A stretch of 64,000 nucleotides of DNA from Balanoglossus misakiensis (taxonomy: Eukaryota; Animalia; Hemichordata), in the NCBI GenBank assembly GCA_040954595.2, contig CM082584.2, positions 854,281-918,280 on the forward strand. The letters run 5' to 3'. Under the pieces are notes generated by a model. It was given only the letters and a program-made list of their open reading frames with translations. It made no database searches and was not told the origin of the DNA. Position numbers and translations under genes: made by a program. Positions within the stretch are counted from its first letter, which is position 1, and each line of letters starts with the position of its first letter. Shown piece after piece: positions 26,555 to 39,689 of this stretch.

Positions 26555-28504
26555 TCACAACCGACATTTATACAACAGACAGCTCAAGAAACTCCTCCAT
26601 GTGTACAATACTTTGCCAATTTAGTGACAACATCAGCTTGCAGAGCACGTGAGCACCGCTTTCGCCAGCCTGTGGTGCCCGCATATCTTTTTTGTTCAGC
26701 AGTAACATGCACGACACATGCAGAGACACAAACGTCCATGTTGCAAATTGTAGATGAAAGCATCAGCTGCGCTGGTTTTATGGTCAGCATCACTGGCTGT
26801 TACATGAAAACTGTTTGTCACATACCTTAACCAACATATACGTGTATCTGTATGGAAAGAAAGTAGGCTCACCCCCGGTACAGTATTATTTTATTTTGCA
26901 TGCACGCAATGGCCTGAATTTGCAAAACTGGGATCATCTGCGCGCATTTCAAAACGTGCTCGTTGCTTAACTTCGCGTGCTTTACTACTCACAATTATTC
27001 CACTTGTGAACGAACACGTCACCCAATTTTACAGTGTAGCCATGTGGAAAACTGGTGACAAGGTAATATTTCATTCGAAGATCAACCTACGTTCAGAAAG
27101 TTTGCATTGTGGTGAATTCTCACTGCTCTCGCAATGCGGTCTGTGGCTCACTGCCGCAGACCGCATTACACGTAGAAATAAATTCTGTACGTCACAGTTC
27201 GTAGGTCGCATAGGTCATGGAGTTAATCCATTATACATTGCGGCTTACAATTTCTCGTGACCCTCTTATCATGCAGCTTGTGTGTTACTGACCACTGACG
27301 CATGTCAAAACACTCAATATTTTTTTTAAATTTGCAAAATCTTTCATTTTAAAGTTGTGATACTCACTGCAGATAGCATTCTTTTCAGTAGGAACTATTT
27401 CTGCTGCCATTTCAATATTGTCTTTATTCCATGTAAATATATTTCCTCCAATTGAACAGTCCCCCGCCACAGCTGCAACCTCTTCTGCAGTCAGAACTTT
27501 TGACCACATGTATGTCATTTAGTCAAGACAATTTGGGAGAACTGTAGTTTAAAGCCTCCAAAGCTGCCACTTTTAGCATTATTTTCATGATTTTATTTTC
27601 CAACTTAAATTGGTTCATCAAAATAAGCTTACTGATAGGTATACATAAACATCTTATCGATGCCCGATTGTGACTGCATGTTGCAATTGGAACATGCTAT
27701 GTATTAAAACGGTGCCTCACCGATTTAATCAGCCTTCATACAAACAACAGCAGCTATCGTGAAATGCGACGCCAAGTTATGACAAACCAATGCAAATGCA
27801 AGTAATATGGCTCAATGGTCACGGGTGAAGATTTTAGGGAATAGGGAATATACATATGAAGTATTTTACTCTGGAAAAAAATATGCCAATTTTAGCAGCT
27901 ATAGGGTTTTTAAAGCGCGGGCGAAGTATGAACAGATGCAGTAAATATCGATACATTGTATTTTGGAGGTTTCTCATAACCATGATTGGTTGGCTAATTA
28001 TGCGGCGTTTTCTAAATAAAAGGAACAATATTAATTTATTGTTGGGGCTCACCTCCGTTAACATCTTGCCGTCTCTGCTGAGTGTTGGCCTCTTCCAGCG
28101 GCACGTGTTTGTCCTTTAGGGCATGCTGTAAAATATTTAGAATAGCGCTGCCATTTGATCAAAGGATAAGCTGGCTTCGCGTGTTAGGGATGTGTGTCTG
28201 ACGACTATGCCTCGAAGCAAAAGACACAGCCGACCCTGCCACGCAGATTCATTTGTTGTGTCACACATTTTCGATCCAAGAAGAGAATATCAACCTTGAC
28301 GTTGCGAAAATGACAAGAAACTCATATAGGTTGTGTGATTACTTACCCGCAACTTGTTGGGAATTGCTGTCACCAGAGGTGCCCACAGCGTGAAAGCCAG
28401 AATGACTGCGACGCCTGCATTGGAGTTCGTCATGAATGGAAACATCGATGAACACGTTCGGTCTTCGATGAGGCTAGTGTCCACAGAATAGGCATTCTTT
28501 TATA
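26555..28504 (-). pseudogene. decayed secreted pentraxin-domain gene (possible WSC-like exon)
   Basis: TATAAAAG at 28504-28497; signal-peptide exon 28445-28347 MFPFMTNSNAGVAVILAFTLWAPLVTA..|gtaagt; pentraxin C-terminus YMWSKVLTAEEV..C..GNIFTW at 27520-27368 ending |gtgagt; disrupted Cys-rich exon at 26850-26558. Confidence 0.6.
27549..27913. mobile_element. Kolobok-type MITE
   Basis: ttaa-AGCCTCCAAAGCTGC ... GCAGCTATAGGGTTT-ttaa; related copies at ~15775-16100 and ~33945-34270. Confidence 0.65.
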
Positions 28505-28959
28505 AGGCAGCTGGGAGGTGGTAAATCCATTGTGATCACCATGCTATTAGTAGCCCAAGCAGTCAAAATTTGCGAAAAATATATAAATATGGAAAAAATA
28601 TATCAATGGGATCAATAGTTATTAAGCACTTTTTAAAAACAAATGACACCGTAAGATCAATTATCTTGTTTTCCGCGACAAGTTTCAACATGGTATGTCA
28701 GCGCTACCAGTGAATAATATTATTAGAAACTATGACAGCTGTAACCGTGCGATTAATGATTTCATCAATTTTAATCATATACTTGTGAATATTTGCGCGG
28801 GTGCTGGTTTAATAAACTGTGTTGATATATAGGTGGAAGACTGTTTAGTTTTCCAGTCAATTATGTGATGTATTACGCCTGACGCTTAAATGATTTGGTC
28901 CAGGGAGAATAACCGCGTTTGGCCGGTCAAGCGAACCCTGGATCTTGCAGGCTCTGCCC

Positions 28960-29175
28960 ACTTTCCAATCAACAACCATTGAGCATGCGCAGTTGATACT
29001 TCACATTGTAAACAAGATGGCGTCGCTGTATATGCTTCCTGACCGCTGTCGCCCGACTATGTCGGCAAAGAAGAGACGAATTTAACCAAGCAACGCCATA
29101 TCGGAAGATAGAATGATCGCGAGATGAAACCGGGATATCCAACGATTTGGCAGCCATGTTGATTGATTGGTAAGT
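28960..29175 (+). promoter_or_regulatory. promoter / first-exon-like module (right copy)
   Basis: CCAATC at 28965; NRF1-like TGAGCATGCGCA at 28980; YY1 CAAGATGGCG at 29013; donor TG|gtaagt at 29170. Confidence 0.55.
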
Positions 29176-32100
29176 CGCCGAAGTAACTATTTGCCATTGA
29201 TTTGTTTACCAGAAACGGTTTGCCTTTGGAACACATTTGACCTCACCGAAATTGATTTCAGAGTTTTTTCCCAAGAACTAATGACGTTCGTTTTCACCTT
29301 TCTGTCCCGAAGTTGCAAACGTGTTGTCTCTGAGAAAATAAATGTGATTTGTACCCGCGATAATCATAGTTCGGATTTCAACCCACAACATCAACGCCAG
29401 CCATTCACCAACATGTGCCAGATAATGTTTATCAGTCATATTTTCTCAGTCTGAATTTACAAAAGACTAATTGTATATTATGCACATTGCAATTTTAATA
29501 TGTAACACGTTTGACCTGAGTGGGAGAATGGATTGAAGGGACACAAGCTTTTGTAGCCACTTATATTTTGACACTGTTTATATAAATGTTGAGCTGGCAT
29601 ATTTGTTCCCTTATGATGTAGTGTACCTGTTGCATTGAAATGAAGCTGTAATATTAAAGTGCAATTTAGTCCTTTGGTTTACTGGGAAAATGAGGTCAAT
29701 AAATGACAGGTTTATTTAGATATATGATATATTTCTCACAAGCACTTATGCATATGTATGAGATACTTATTTATTTTTAATTTATGTATTTATTTTTAAT
29801 TTATTTTGTATGTTCAGGTAATCATATGGATTTGTATGGAATCACATACACATTAATTAAAGACTATCATATCACAGAAGTCGAGCCTCCACATGTGTAA
29901 GGTAACCATTTAGGTTTCATGACTAAGTTTGTTTAAGAATTCATAAAGCACGAATTCTACCTAATGAATGAATTTTCTTAGAATTTCACAACTGTGACAG
30001 GGTTTGCAGTTATGCGAAAAAAGTGTTATTATTCACATACGAAACTTTTCGTATACATTTTTCTGATGGCAATGCATTTAACTTTGAACAAATATTGACG
30101 TCAGTTAGTAGTGCTATTTTGTCAGTGAAATTGCTTCATCATCATCCCTCCAACCAAAGTTGAAACTGAGTTGCAAATATTGCACAGCTTGAAATCATAA
30201 AATGTCGCAAAATTGAACCAACCATTCGGTCAACGATTATGTTCTTACAGCTATTATTAGAAGCAGACAGTCTCAGGGAACAAGATACATGGGCCTGATT
30301 TGCAAACTGAGTTGGAACTAACCTTGCCTGCCCATGGATGCGCCAATTCAGTGAATCTTATCGTATTAAAAATGAATATGGAGAACTATTCTCTGTGTTG
30401 TGATTGTTAGCCTACATGTATACATATGTACCTTGAGTGATTCCACTTTCTTCAGTGTCCTGTGAATTCAGTTGCCATAACTTGCGCTTCACACAGCGCA
30501 TACATGTAGGTCTAATCAATTGGGCAACTGGGTCTTACAATATTATCTGATGCCTCTTACTGGCCGAAGGACCACAAGTTGCATTTTCACATCGCATATA
30601 AATAGAAAACCCATTAATTTCTACTGTATGATTTTATTGACGATTCAATAGTTTCATGACTGTTAGTGTTAATTACAATACCTAAATTCCCAAATGAAAG
30701 CATGCTGTCAGTTTTCATGTGATTGATATTAATTTTACAATTTCAAAATATGCTTAGCTCTGAATGATTATGAACATATCAAACTTCATGTTAAATAAAC
30801 TGTCTTGATATTGTATACATTAAGGCCTACTACCAGTGTCACAACATTGATTTCCTGCATTTTTGCTCATGCCTTCTGACCAGTCAGTTGCCTCTGTATG
30901 TGTGTATGTAGTATGTATGGATGTATGTATGTCTGTCCACATCAAAAACTTGAAAACCCCTTCGCGTATCCCCTTGATATTTGGTGTGTAGATGTAGGCC
31001 AGCCTGTAAATAGGATTTTGTTCATATTAAGAAGGTTGAAGTATTTTCATGATTGGTTTTATTTGATTACTCCAGAAACATACAATACAGAGTCTGTGTG
31101 GTAAGTCTTGATATTGGGTTTTTAGATGCAGGCACGCCTGTTCAAATGAAATATGCTAATTACCTGGAGCAATGTGAAATTGATCAAAACTCAGAAACTC
31201 AACAACTGGTCAGATTGCTTTGAACATTTGTATGCATGTAGCTTATGTCACGCCTGATATACTTTCAGCTAATATCGTGAATTGTATCTAGAATTTAGTA
31301 TGCTATTTCCTATAGGTAATCTTTGTTAGTATTGTTTAAATTGTGGCAAAATTTGTAATTTTTGGGAAATATAATTTTGTCATTTTTGGTCAAAAATCAT
31401 TTTCTCTGAAACTCCATGTCAGGTCAGGTTGCATTTAAATTTTGGTTTGCTTGTTCCATGAGGTAACCCAAGTAATGTTGTATATCATTTTGGTGAAATT
31501 TGCATATTTGTGGTCTTGAGGCAATTTTTGCAATTTGTATTCTTTGAAACCGCATGTCAAATTGCTTTCAATTTTGGTAGGCATGTTCCTTGTGGTGATT
31601 GAAGTGAGATATTGTTGGATTTGTTGATATCTGAATTTTTGTGGTTGAGGCAGTTTTTGTCATTGTTGAAGAAATGTTGTTTTCACTGAAAATACTCCGA
31701 TTCCTGTGAAATTGTATTAGGTTACCTGGTAGGTCATATCTGCTTGGCAATGTCACAGCGGTGTACACACCTATTTTTGTGTAATCCAAAGTGTGTAATA
31801 AGCTAGCAAATATTTACTAGTAAATCATGTATGTTCTACTTCTTACAAGGTTGAAGTATGTTGATGTCTGGGTTAAATGGGATTCTTCAGAAACATACAA
31901 TACAGAGTCTGTGGTACAGTTCATGGTCACATTCAGAATTACCTAGTCTATATCCAGCCGTGTTCTGTCCGCTTTGCTTCCAAAAGTATCGTCTAGTGTC
32001 ATGCATGCCACTTGCCCAATAATCTGACACCCCTTGCTGGGAAATTTGATGTAACAAGTATCCCTTAGTGAAATTATTAACATAAATTGAACAATGTTGA

Positions 32101-34409
32101 TTTGGCGTAAGATTATAGTGAAGGCAGGGCTTATTACATTGAAAATGCTATCCAGCCTTAATTACACATTATGAATATCCTTTGTCCAATCATTGGAAAA
32201 ACAATGTACTTGCATAGCACTTTGAAGGTGAATCGCAAGTGGTCACTTTAATTACATTACCTCAAGCAGTCTTTTACATGTAGCTATAATAAGACAAACA
32301 TTCCCGGTGTAATTAACATCACTGTTGTTATTAGTATCTATCTCCGATAAGTATCAAGTCTGCCTTATGTTATTTTAAGTCAATTGTCAGGTTCATGTAC
32401 ATATTTTACAACTTATCTATCTTGTCAAAAACTTTCGCATGTACCTAATTCTAGGCTTACCAGTAGGGTTATAGATACAGTGTATTATATTAACATGCAT
32501 TAATATGAAACTAAATGTTGATGGTTAATTAAAGACCCCCTTGAGCTATGGTAACCTCATTAAATATGTGCATATCTTATTCTAGTGGATGTGGTAACCT
32601 GGACATGGACAACTCTGGGGTCAAAATCTTTTGACAAACTTTTGGGTGATCTTGGGTAAACTTTGACCTACATTCCTATATCTTGGCATCCGGCACAGAT
32701 ACATCCTTGACACTTGGAGTTATGGAACTATGTAATGGAATATTATGTCTTGCCTCATTAATTATGTACATACCTAATGCCAGCCTAACCAATAGGGCTG
32801 GAAGTCTGCCTTTTTTTGGACATGATACATTTGAGATCAACATTTTTCTACAGCAGCCAGCCTTCTCTTAAAAAGAATGGACAATATAAAGGCTTTGCTG
32901 GTATACTGAACTTTGGACTCCCTCCCTGAGACTGTGTGCCAATGACGGGATAGCCTACTCAGCGTTGGGTAGATCCTAAGAAGGCCTCAGCCAGGCATCA
33001 GATACAAAAAGCGGAAATCCAAGCTTTAATGGTGGGTTACATCGTTAACTTCCCTGCAGAGCTGATTTCTCAGACTGTGAGCCAATGACGGGTAAAGCCC
33101 CTAGGTAGGGGCCACCTAAGACAGGCCGGTCATGCTTTAGTCACAAAGAAGGGCAAGTTCAGTCATACCATAACTTTGTCTGCTGTATATGCTTCATAAT
33201 GATTGCATGGTATTTTGAGAATACATTGTCTTAAGGCAGTGTGACCAGCTAAAAAGTACTGGCAAACACAGCCAATGTGTAATAAAAAACATCTAATTTG
33301 GCTGAATAAAAGACATAAAACACAGCAAAAGCACTGTGACTAGCTGAGACATAATACTCCATTATGCATTTCCATCACTCCAAGTGTCAAGGTTGCATCT
33401 GCTCTGGATGCCAAGATATAGTAATGTTGGTCAAGGTTTACCCAAAGTCACCCAAAGTTCTGTCAAACAATTTTGACCCCAATGTTGTCCATGTTTAGGT
33501 TTCTCCCTCCACTGGATAGCCTACAATTAGATATGCAAATATTTAATGACATTACCATAGATTAAGGCGGTCCTAAATTAACCATGAAATTATAGTTTCA
33601 TGTTAATTCTTGTTATTACAAAACACTGTATCTATAACCCTTCTGGAAGCCATACTTTGTTTCATGCTACCCAATATGTGAAAGTAGGTAAAAAATCAGC
33701 CAAGGTTATTTGAAATTTTGCTGAAAAAAATCCGGTCCCTGACATTTGGTAAAGGGGTCAAGACACTTGGCAACAAATTGTTGTCCCAGATTAGAACATA
33801 TTCATAAAAAACTCAGGGAAAGAAGGAAGTTTTTCACAGCTTTGGTGCTTCAAATAGTAGAGAGGTTCCCAAGTTATTTCAATGAAACCTTAATGTCAAC
33901 ATTACATCGTTAGACTCGAACTCATCTGGCATAAAGCTGCTAGTTAAAGCCCTAAGGGTTGTGCCACTTTTTCATTATTTTCATCTAAGATTTGTCAATC
34001 TAAATAAGCTTACTGCTAGGTATACATCTACATGAACATCTTGTTGACTGACGATTGTGGCTGTAATTTAAAGAAGTCAGATATTTAACAGGTACCACAC
34101 CTGTTTAATCTGCCTCTATACAAAGGGTACACATCTATAGTGGTATGCATCACCTAGATATGACAAACATAAGCACTTCAAGTAATATGGCTTTATGGTG
34201 GCGATTTTGAAGGATGTGGAGAAGATTTGAAAAACACTCTTGAGGAAAAAGATGTGTTAAATCTTTGAAATGTGTTTTATTCTTTGGTTCCCATTTCGTA
34301 TATGTCTATCTACCACTGGGACCAATGTGAAATTGGTGGAAACTGGTCAAATTGCTTTAGAAATTGGTGTGTATTCATTTTGAGACCTCATGGATTTTTT
34401 TTAATTTTT

Positions 34410-36760
34410 AGCTCACGTGAAAATCACGTGAGCTTATGGTTTAGCGATGTCTGTGTGTGTGTGTGTGTATGTATGTATGTGTGTGTGTGTCTGTCTGTAT
34501 ACCCGATATCTCAAGAACCGCTGAACCGATTTCAACCAAATTTAGTACACAGGTTCAGATATCATATGGCAAGAACTGAAAAGGTTTTGGTGCGTGTGGC
34601 TTTGATATTAATGAAGTTATTTAAGTTTTAATTTTTCTATTACATGGTTGTCTATGTGAGCTTTCGTTAATGCCGCATATATGACCAGTGGAAACGATAG
34701 TTTGAGGAGATCGACTGTTTGAGGGCGCTGTGAAATGAGACATTCCTGGCGATATTGCCGTGGTTCTGTCCATGCTCAGACGCTGTACCCGTCGTTACGA
34801 ATAACTTCCCTACGTGAATCCACAAGGAAGCTAACGTTGTTTAGTTGCTTCATAGAGCGTAAATTGTTAATCTACAGGACCGTCAGACGAATACTCTTTT
34901 CAAATGAAGTTTGAAACTACTTACGAGTAAGTTAGTGGAGACAATATGGCGGATAGTTGGCGTGCAGCCGAATCCGCGTTATGACTATGACGTGACCCAT
35001 TCATCAAGACAAACCGTAAATGATTCACGCATATTGTGGTCCTCACGCAGTCAATCTCAAAATGTCACCAGGCTTTCTATTTGTCTATTGTTCAGAGAAA
35101 AATAACGTGGCGGTTGATCACACTCAACAGTAAAATCCGTTTTGTGAGTTTATAGACAGTCTGTTATCGCCAATACTATATAGCGATTGCTAGATGGCTT
35201 ACCCAATATGTGATCGAGCGAGAATGATAACATTGAATGTCTGTTCAGATCTCATTCCGTACGTCATACGTCAACATTTCGATTTCGATTTAATCCATTC
35301 ATAAAGAATTTAGAGAAAGTCGTCTTGAATTGTGACCCCGACTATCAATTTTACGATGATTTTTTGGCGACGGAATACACGAGGCGCCATTGCATAACTA
35401 CGTCAGCTGGACTTCCAAGGTTACCATTTTGTGTGTATGGAATCTTATCACAGAGACTACGTACTTTGACAATATGCCATGCTACATCAATGACGCCCCA
35501 GAAAATTTGGCGAAAAATGAATTTGTCTTCTCATGGTGGTGCAATATATTTTAATGTCTATTTTGAGGTTGATTTTGGTTTTTGGCTAACATGTATATCA
35601 ATGTCAGCTTATAGCATAAGTTGGTGTCCGTCGTCTATGTATGTCTGTATGTGTGCCTCATACAGAATTATGTATTTTGCGAATGGATCAGTTTCGTCTA
35701 AATGTATTGATGTATGTATGTGTATGTCCATCAACATCAAAAACTTGAAACTACTGATATTTAGTGTGTACATAGAAATTGTTATTGCGAAAAAATGCAT
35801 ACTGGTATTAACTGGAAAAATGTTCAAATAGTCAAAATTGAAAAACTTAATAACAGCGGATCAGATTCAGTTTAAAATTGGCGTGCATTGGTGTGCAAGA
35901 ACTATGGGAAGACCTCGTATGATTTTGTTCAGGTGGAGTCAGTATCTGGCGTTTGCTATTTTTTATGAATTTTTGGGGGAATTTTCTGCAGTTTTGTTAA
36001 AAAAAATTCTTCTCTGAAATTACATGTCCAATTGATTGGAAACTTGGTATGGAGGTTCATAGGGCTTACCTGAATCACATTTGTGCAAACGGTGGTGAAA
36101 TTTGCAAAAATGCATTTTTGGGCAATATTTCCTGTTTTTGTCAAAAAATCAAATCCCGTGAAACTGTAAGTGCAATTGTTTTGATACTTTGTATTTGGGT
36201 TTCTAGGGGTGATCTCAGTCAGATATGATCAAATTGTAAAGAAATTTGCATAATTGTATTTTTTGGGAATTCTGCAGGGTTTGGCAAAATAGTCTTCAGT
36301 AAAACCACAAGTCCAATTGATTGGAAACTTTGAATGGGAATTCATATATGTGATATCAGTCAGATTTGTCTGAATTACCTGTTGTTTGCCAAAATGTCTT
36401 CCTTATTGAAACTTGTTAAAGAGGTTCTTAGGCATGAACAGAAATCAGATTTGTTGAAATCTGGTGAAATATTCATACTTTTTGGTATATTTCTTGCCAT
36501 TTTTGATCAACGAGTTTTAGAATTCCATAGACTTATCTTTTTATGCAGTTCAGGATGGGGTACATGACTCATAACCCCTTACAAAAATTGACAAGGCAAC
36601 AATTCCACAAACATGTTTACATTTCACAATGGTGCAACACACAACCCTTACACCATATACACTATAAACCAAATTGGTTTAACACTGGTTTTTCTAATCT
36701 TGTTATTCTGTCAACCAATCACAGTACTGCACGTGAGCATATTCAGTTAATATCTGGTTT
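34410..36760 (+). mobile_element. non-autonomous Helentron (HINE/DINE-like)
   Basis: ttttt-AGCTCACGTG..CACGTGAGC 5' hairpin, GT/GTCT microsatellite, 3' subTIR CACGTGAGC, end ..TCTGGTTT. Inserted in a T-run without TSD; empty site catttttgaagt on the left-arm reverse strand near 15590. Confidence 0.8.
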
Positions 36761-37884
36761 GAAGTATATTTTTGGGGTGATTTTGGTCAAATACTCAAAA
36801 ACCTCTACTCACAGTTCTTTGAAATTTGGTTTGCAGGTTCCTAGGTGTGTTATCACGACATTTTAACAAATCCTATGATGGAAGTGTCAATATAGTTTTT
36901 GTGGACAATTTTTGCCATTTTTGTTTGATTGCTTTGCAATTTTTTGTTTTGCAGTTTCCAGGGGATTTTTTACTGTGATATATCATAAATGTTCTGAAAA
37001 TGAAAAAATTGTATTTTCGGGGCATAAAAAAAATTCTCAGAAAGTGCATGGTTGATCACTGTAAAAGTTTAGTTGTGAGTTAATGATATGTGCTTCTTTA
37101 GAATGATAATTGAATCAAATCATAGCTGAATTAGTTTTTTTGTTTATTTTGTTTGATATTTTTTCCTTATACCTCAAAAATTGTTATTATAAAAGGGAAA
37201 TTACCATTACATAGTTGTTTGCAATTAAGGAGGACCCCCTCCCCCACTGAAAATCGTATACACCTTGATCTCTCTATGTCTGTATTCATGTCTGTATGTA
37301 TGTTTTACAAATGTATGCTCCCAATAAGAGTGAAATGATTTTTTTTATCGTAATACTTCTAAAGTGATTATTTCCTATGAGATATGCAGTCTTATTACCT
37401 AATCGTTTCTGAAATTCTACCTCATGCTGTGTATGAAAAGTCTAATATATGTCATTGTCAAGATCCCCAAAACAGGCTGATATAGTATCACATAACATTT
37501 GATAAAAGTATCCCAAACAGTGTGGCAATTTTGGTATACAGAAAAAAAAACACTGGAATGACAACAGCTACATGTATGTAGGCTAGCAATAGGAACACAG
37601 ATAACAATTCTCCATATTCATTTTTAAATACGATAAGATTCGCTGAAATTGGCACATCTGTGTGCAGGCAAAGTCAGTTCCAACTCGGCTTGCAAATCGG
37701 ACCAATGTCTCTTGTTCGCTGAGACTGTATGGTTCTAGTAATAGCTGTAAGAACTTGATCGTTGACCAAACTCTTGGTTCAATTTTGCAACATTTTATGA
37801 TTTCAAGCTGTACATATTTAACTCCGTTTCAACTATAGTTGGAGGGATAATAATGGAGCCATTTCACTGACAAAATAGCGCTTA

Positions 37885-38709
37885 GGGACCATTCAGTTTT
37901 TACGGTGGGGGGAGGCTGGCAAAATCCAGGGGGTCACTTAAATTTTGAAATCCAAAAGAGGGAGTCATCTTTTTTTCAAACGTTTAGGGGGGAGGTCATA
38001 TACATGTACCCACCGATGCTAACTTTGAGTGTAGTGGTAACAGTAAAATTGGTCCTTTCAAACATTGAGATAATTTGCTTTTGACTTCATTAAAATGCAA
38101 CTTTGAGCTACATATTTTACAAAGTTTTCTTATGTGGAAGGGGGACATCCCCTCCCACACCCATCCCCTTATTTCTTCGCCACATATAGTGTACCAGGGC
38201 AGAATACTTGCCATTCCACCCCCACTGATGTTAACTTTGAGTGGCAAAAGTCAAATTTGTCCTCCCCAACATTAAGTTAATTTGCCTTTGAGTTCATTAA
38301 AATGCATTAATTGTATTTTACAAAATTGTCCTACGTACACCCACCCCTTCCACTTTTCTTGTTTTACCAATTCTACCAACTATTGTATTGACGTGTCCTT
38401 TTAATTTATCCATAGACCTTCTTTATTGCAACGCTATACTATTATACACTTCAAATTATACATTTCTTTAAGAAATTTAGAATTGAGGTGTGAGGAGACC
38501 CTTTACCTTTATTGCATACAGTCAGTGTACATAAGATACGGATGGCAAATGTTTTCGGGGTGGGAGGAGGGTCATCATATTTTGGTCCTGTCAAAGGGGG
38601 GGGGGGGTCATCATTTTTTTGGTCCTGGTTGAAGGGGGTGTCGGCCTGATTTTGAAAACCAATGACACAAACTTTTGCCCCCCCCCCTCCACCAAAACTG
38701 AACAGTCCC
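37885..38709. mobile_element. PIF/Harbinger-type MITE
   Basis: tta-GGGACCATTCAGTTTT ... AAAACTGAACAGTCCC-tta; absent from the left arm near 14490. Confidence 0.8.
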
Positions 38710-38888
38710 TTACTAAAGGACATCGATGTCTGTTTACAGTCAAATGCATTGCCATCAGAAAAAAAAATGCAAACAATTTCTTATGTTTGTAGTACGCACT
38801 TTTTGTATATCTGTAAACTGTGTCTCAGTTGTGAAATTCTAAGGAAATTTGTTCCTTGGGTAGAATAAAGGATTCTTAAACAAACTTA

Positions 38889-39689
38889 GGCTGCATTCAC
38901 AAACACCTCTGGAGGGGGGGGCGGGAGAATTCAATTTTTTTTACCGCTAATTTTCACATGCCCCCCTTCCGAACTGCCAATATTTTCAAATCCCCCCCTT
39001 CCGAACTGCCAAAATTTTGAAATCCCCCCCCCCCATTTTCTTTCACAGAGCAAAACACATCACCTATCTATCTTGTAAAAAGAAAAACAGCGCTCCCATG
39101 AAAAGAATTTGAAACTGATGTTTCCCCTCATCAGTGGGTATTAAAACTGAACATTGTTTTTATTTTTTAAGTACATATATTTGTATTCTGTGTTGGGAGA
39201 CATTGTAAACTGAGAATTGAAGGGGGTGGGTTTGGGAGGGGGTGTCCCCCTCCCACGTAAGAAAATTTTCTAAAATACAGAGCTCAAAGCTGCATTTTAA
39301 TGAACCCGGCAAAAGCAAATTAACTCAACTACCGGTATGTTGGGGAGGACAAATTTAACCGTCGCCGCCCAAAGTTATCATGGGGTGGGGCAAGTCCCCT
39401 GACGTGGGACACTAGATAAACCAGTCAATGATTGAAATGTGTTGATGAATGGAGGGGGTGGGTGTGGGAGGGGGTGTCCCCCTCCCACATTAGAAAATTT
39501 TGTAAAATAAAGGGCGCGAAACTGCATTTTTGTGGACTCAAAATAAATATTTAGTCGTTAAAGTTTTCAAGTCCCCCCCTTTCAGTCCCTAAATTATTTC
39601 AAATCCCCCCCTTACATACCCTCAATTTTTTCAAATCCCCCCCTCAATTCTCCTGCCCCCCCCCTCCAGAGGTGTTTGTGAATGCAGCC
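38889..39689. mobile_element. PIF/Harbinger-type MITE
   Basis: tta-GGCTGCATTCACAAACACCTCTGGAGGGGGGG ... CCCCCTCCAGAGGTGTTTGTGAATGCAGCC-tta; absent from the left arm near 14310. Confidence 0.9.

Noticed and set aside
32930-33125. SECIS element (AUGAC...AGA) or hammerhead/twister/HDV ribozyme
   Set aside because: AUGA-to-AA spacing is wrong for SECIS; the CUGAUGA/GAAA and other ribozyme cores are absent.
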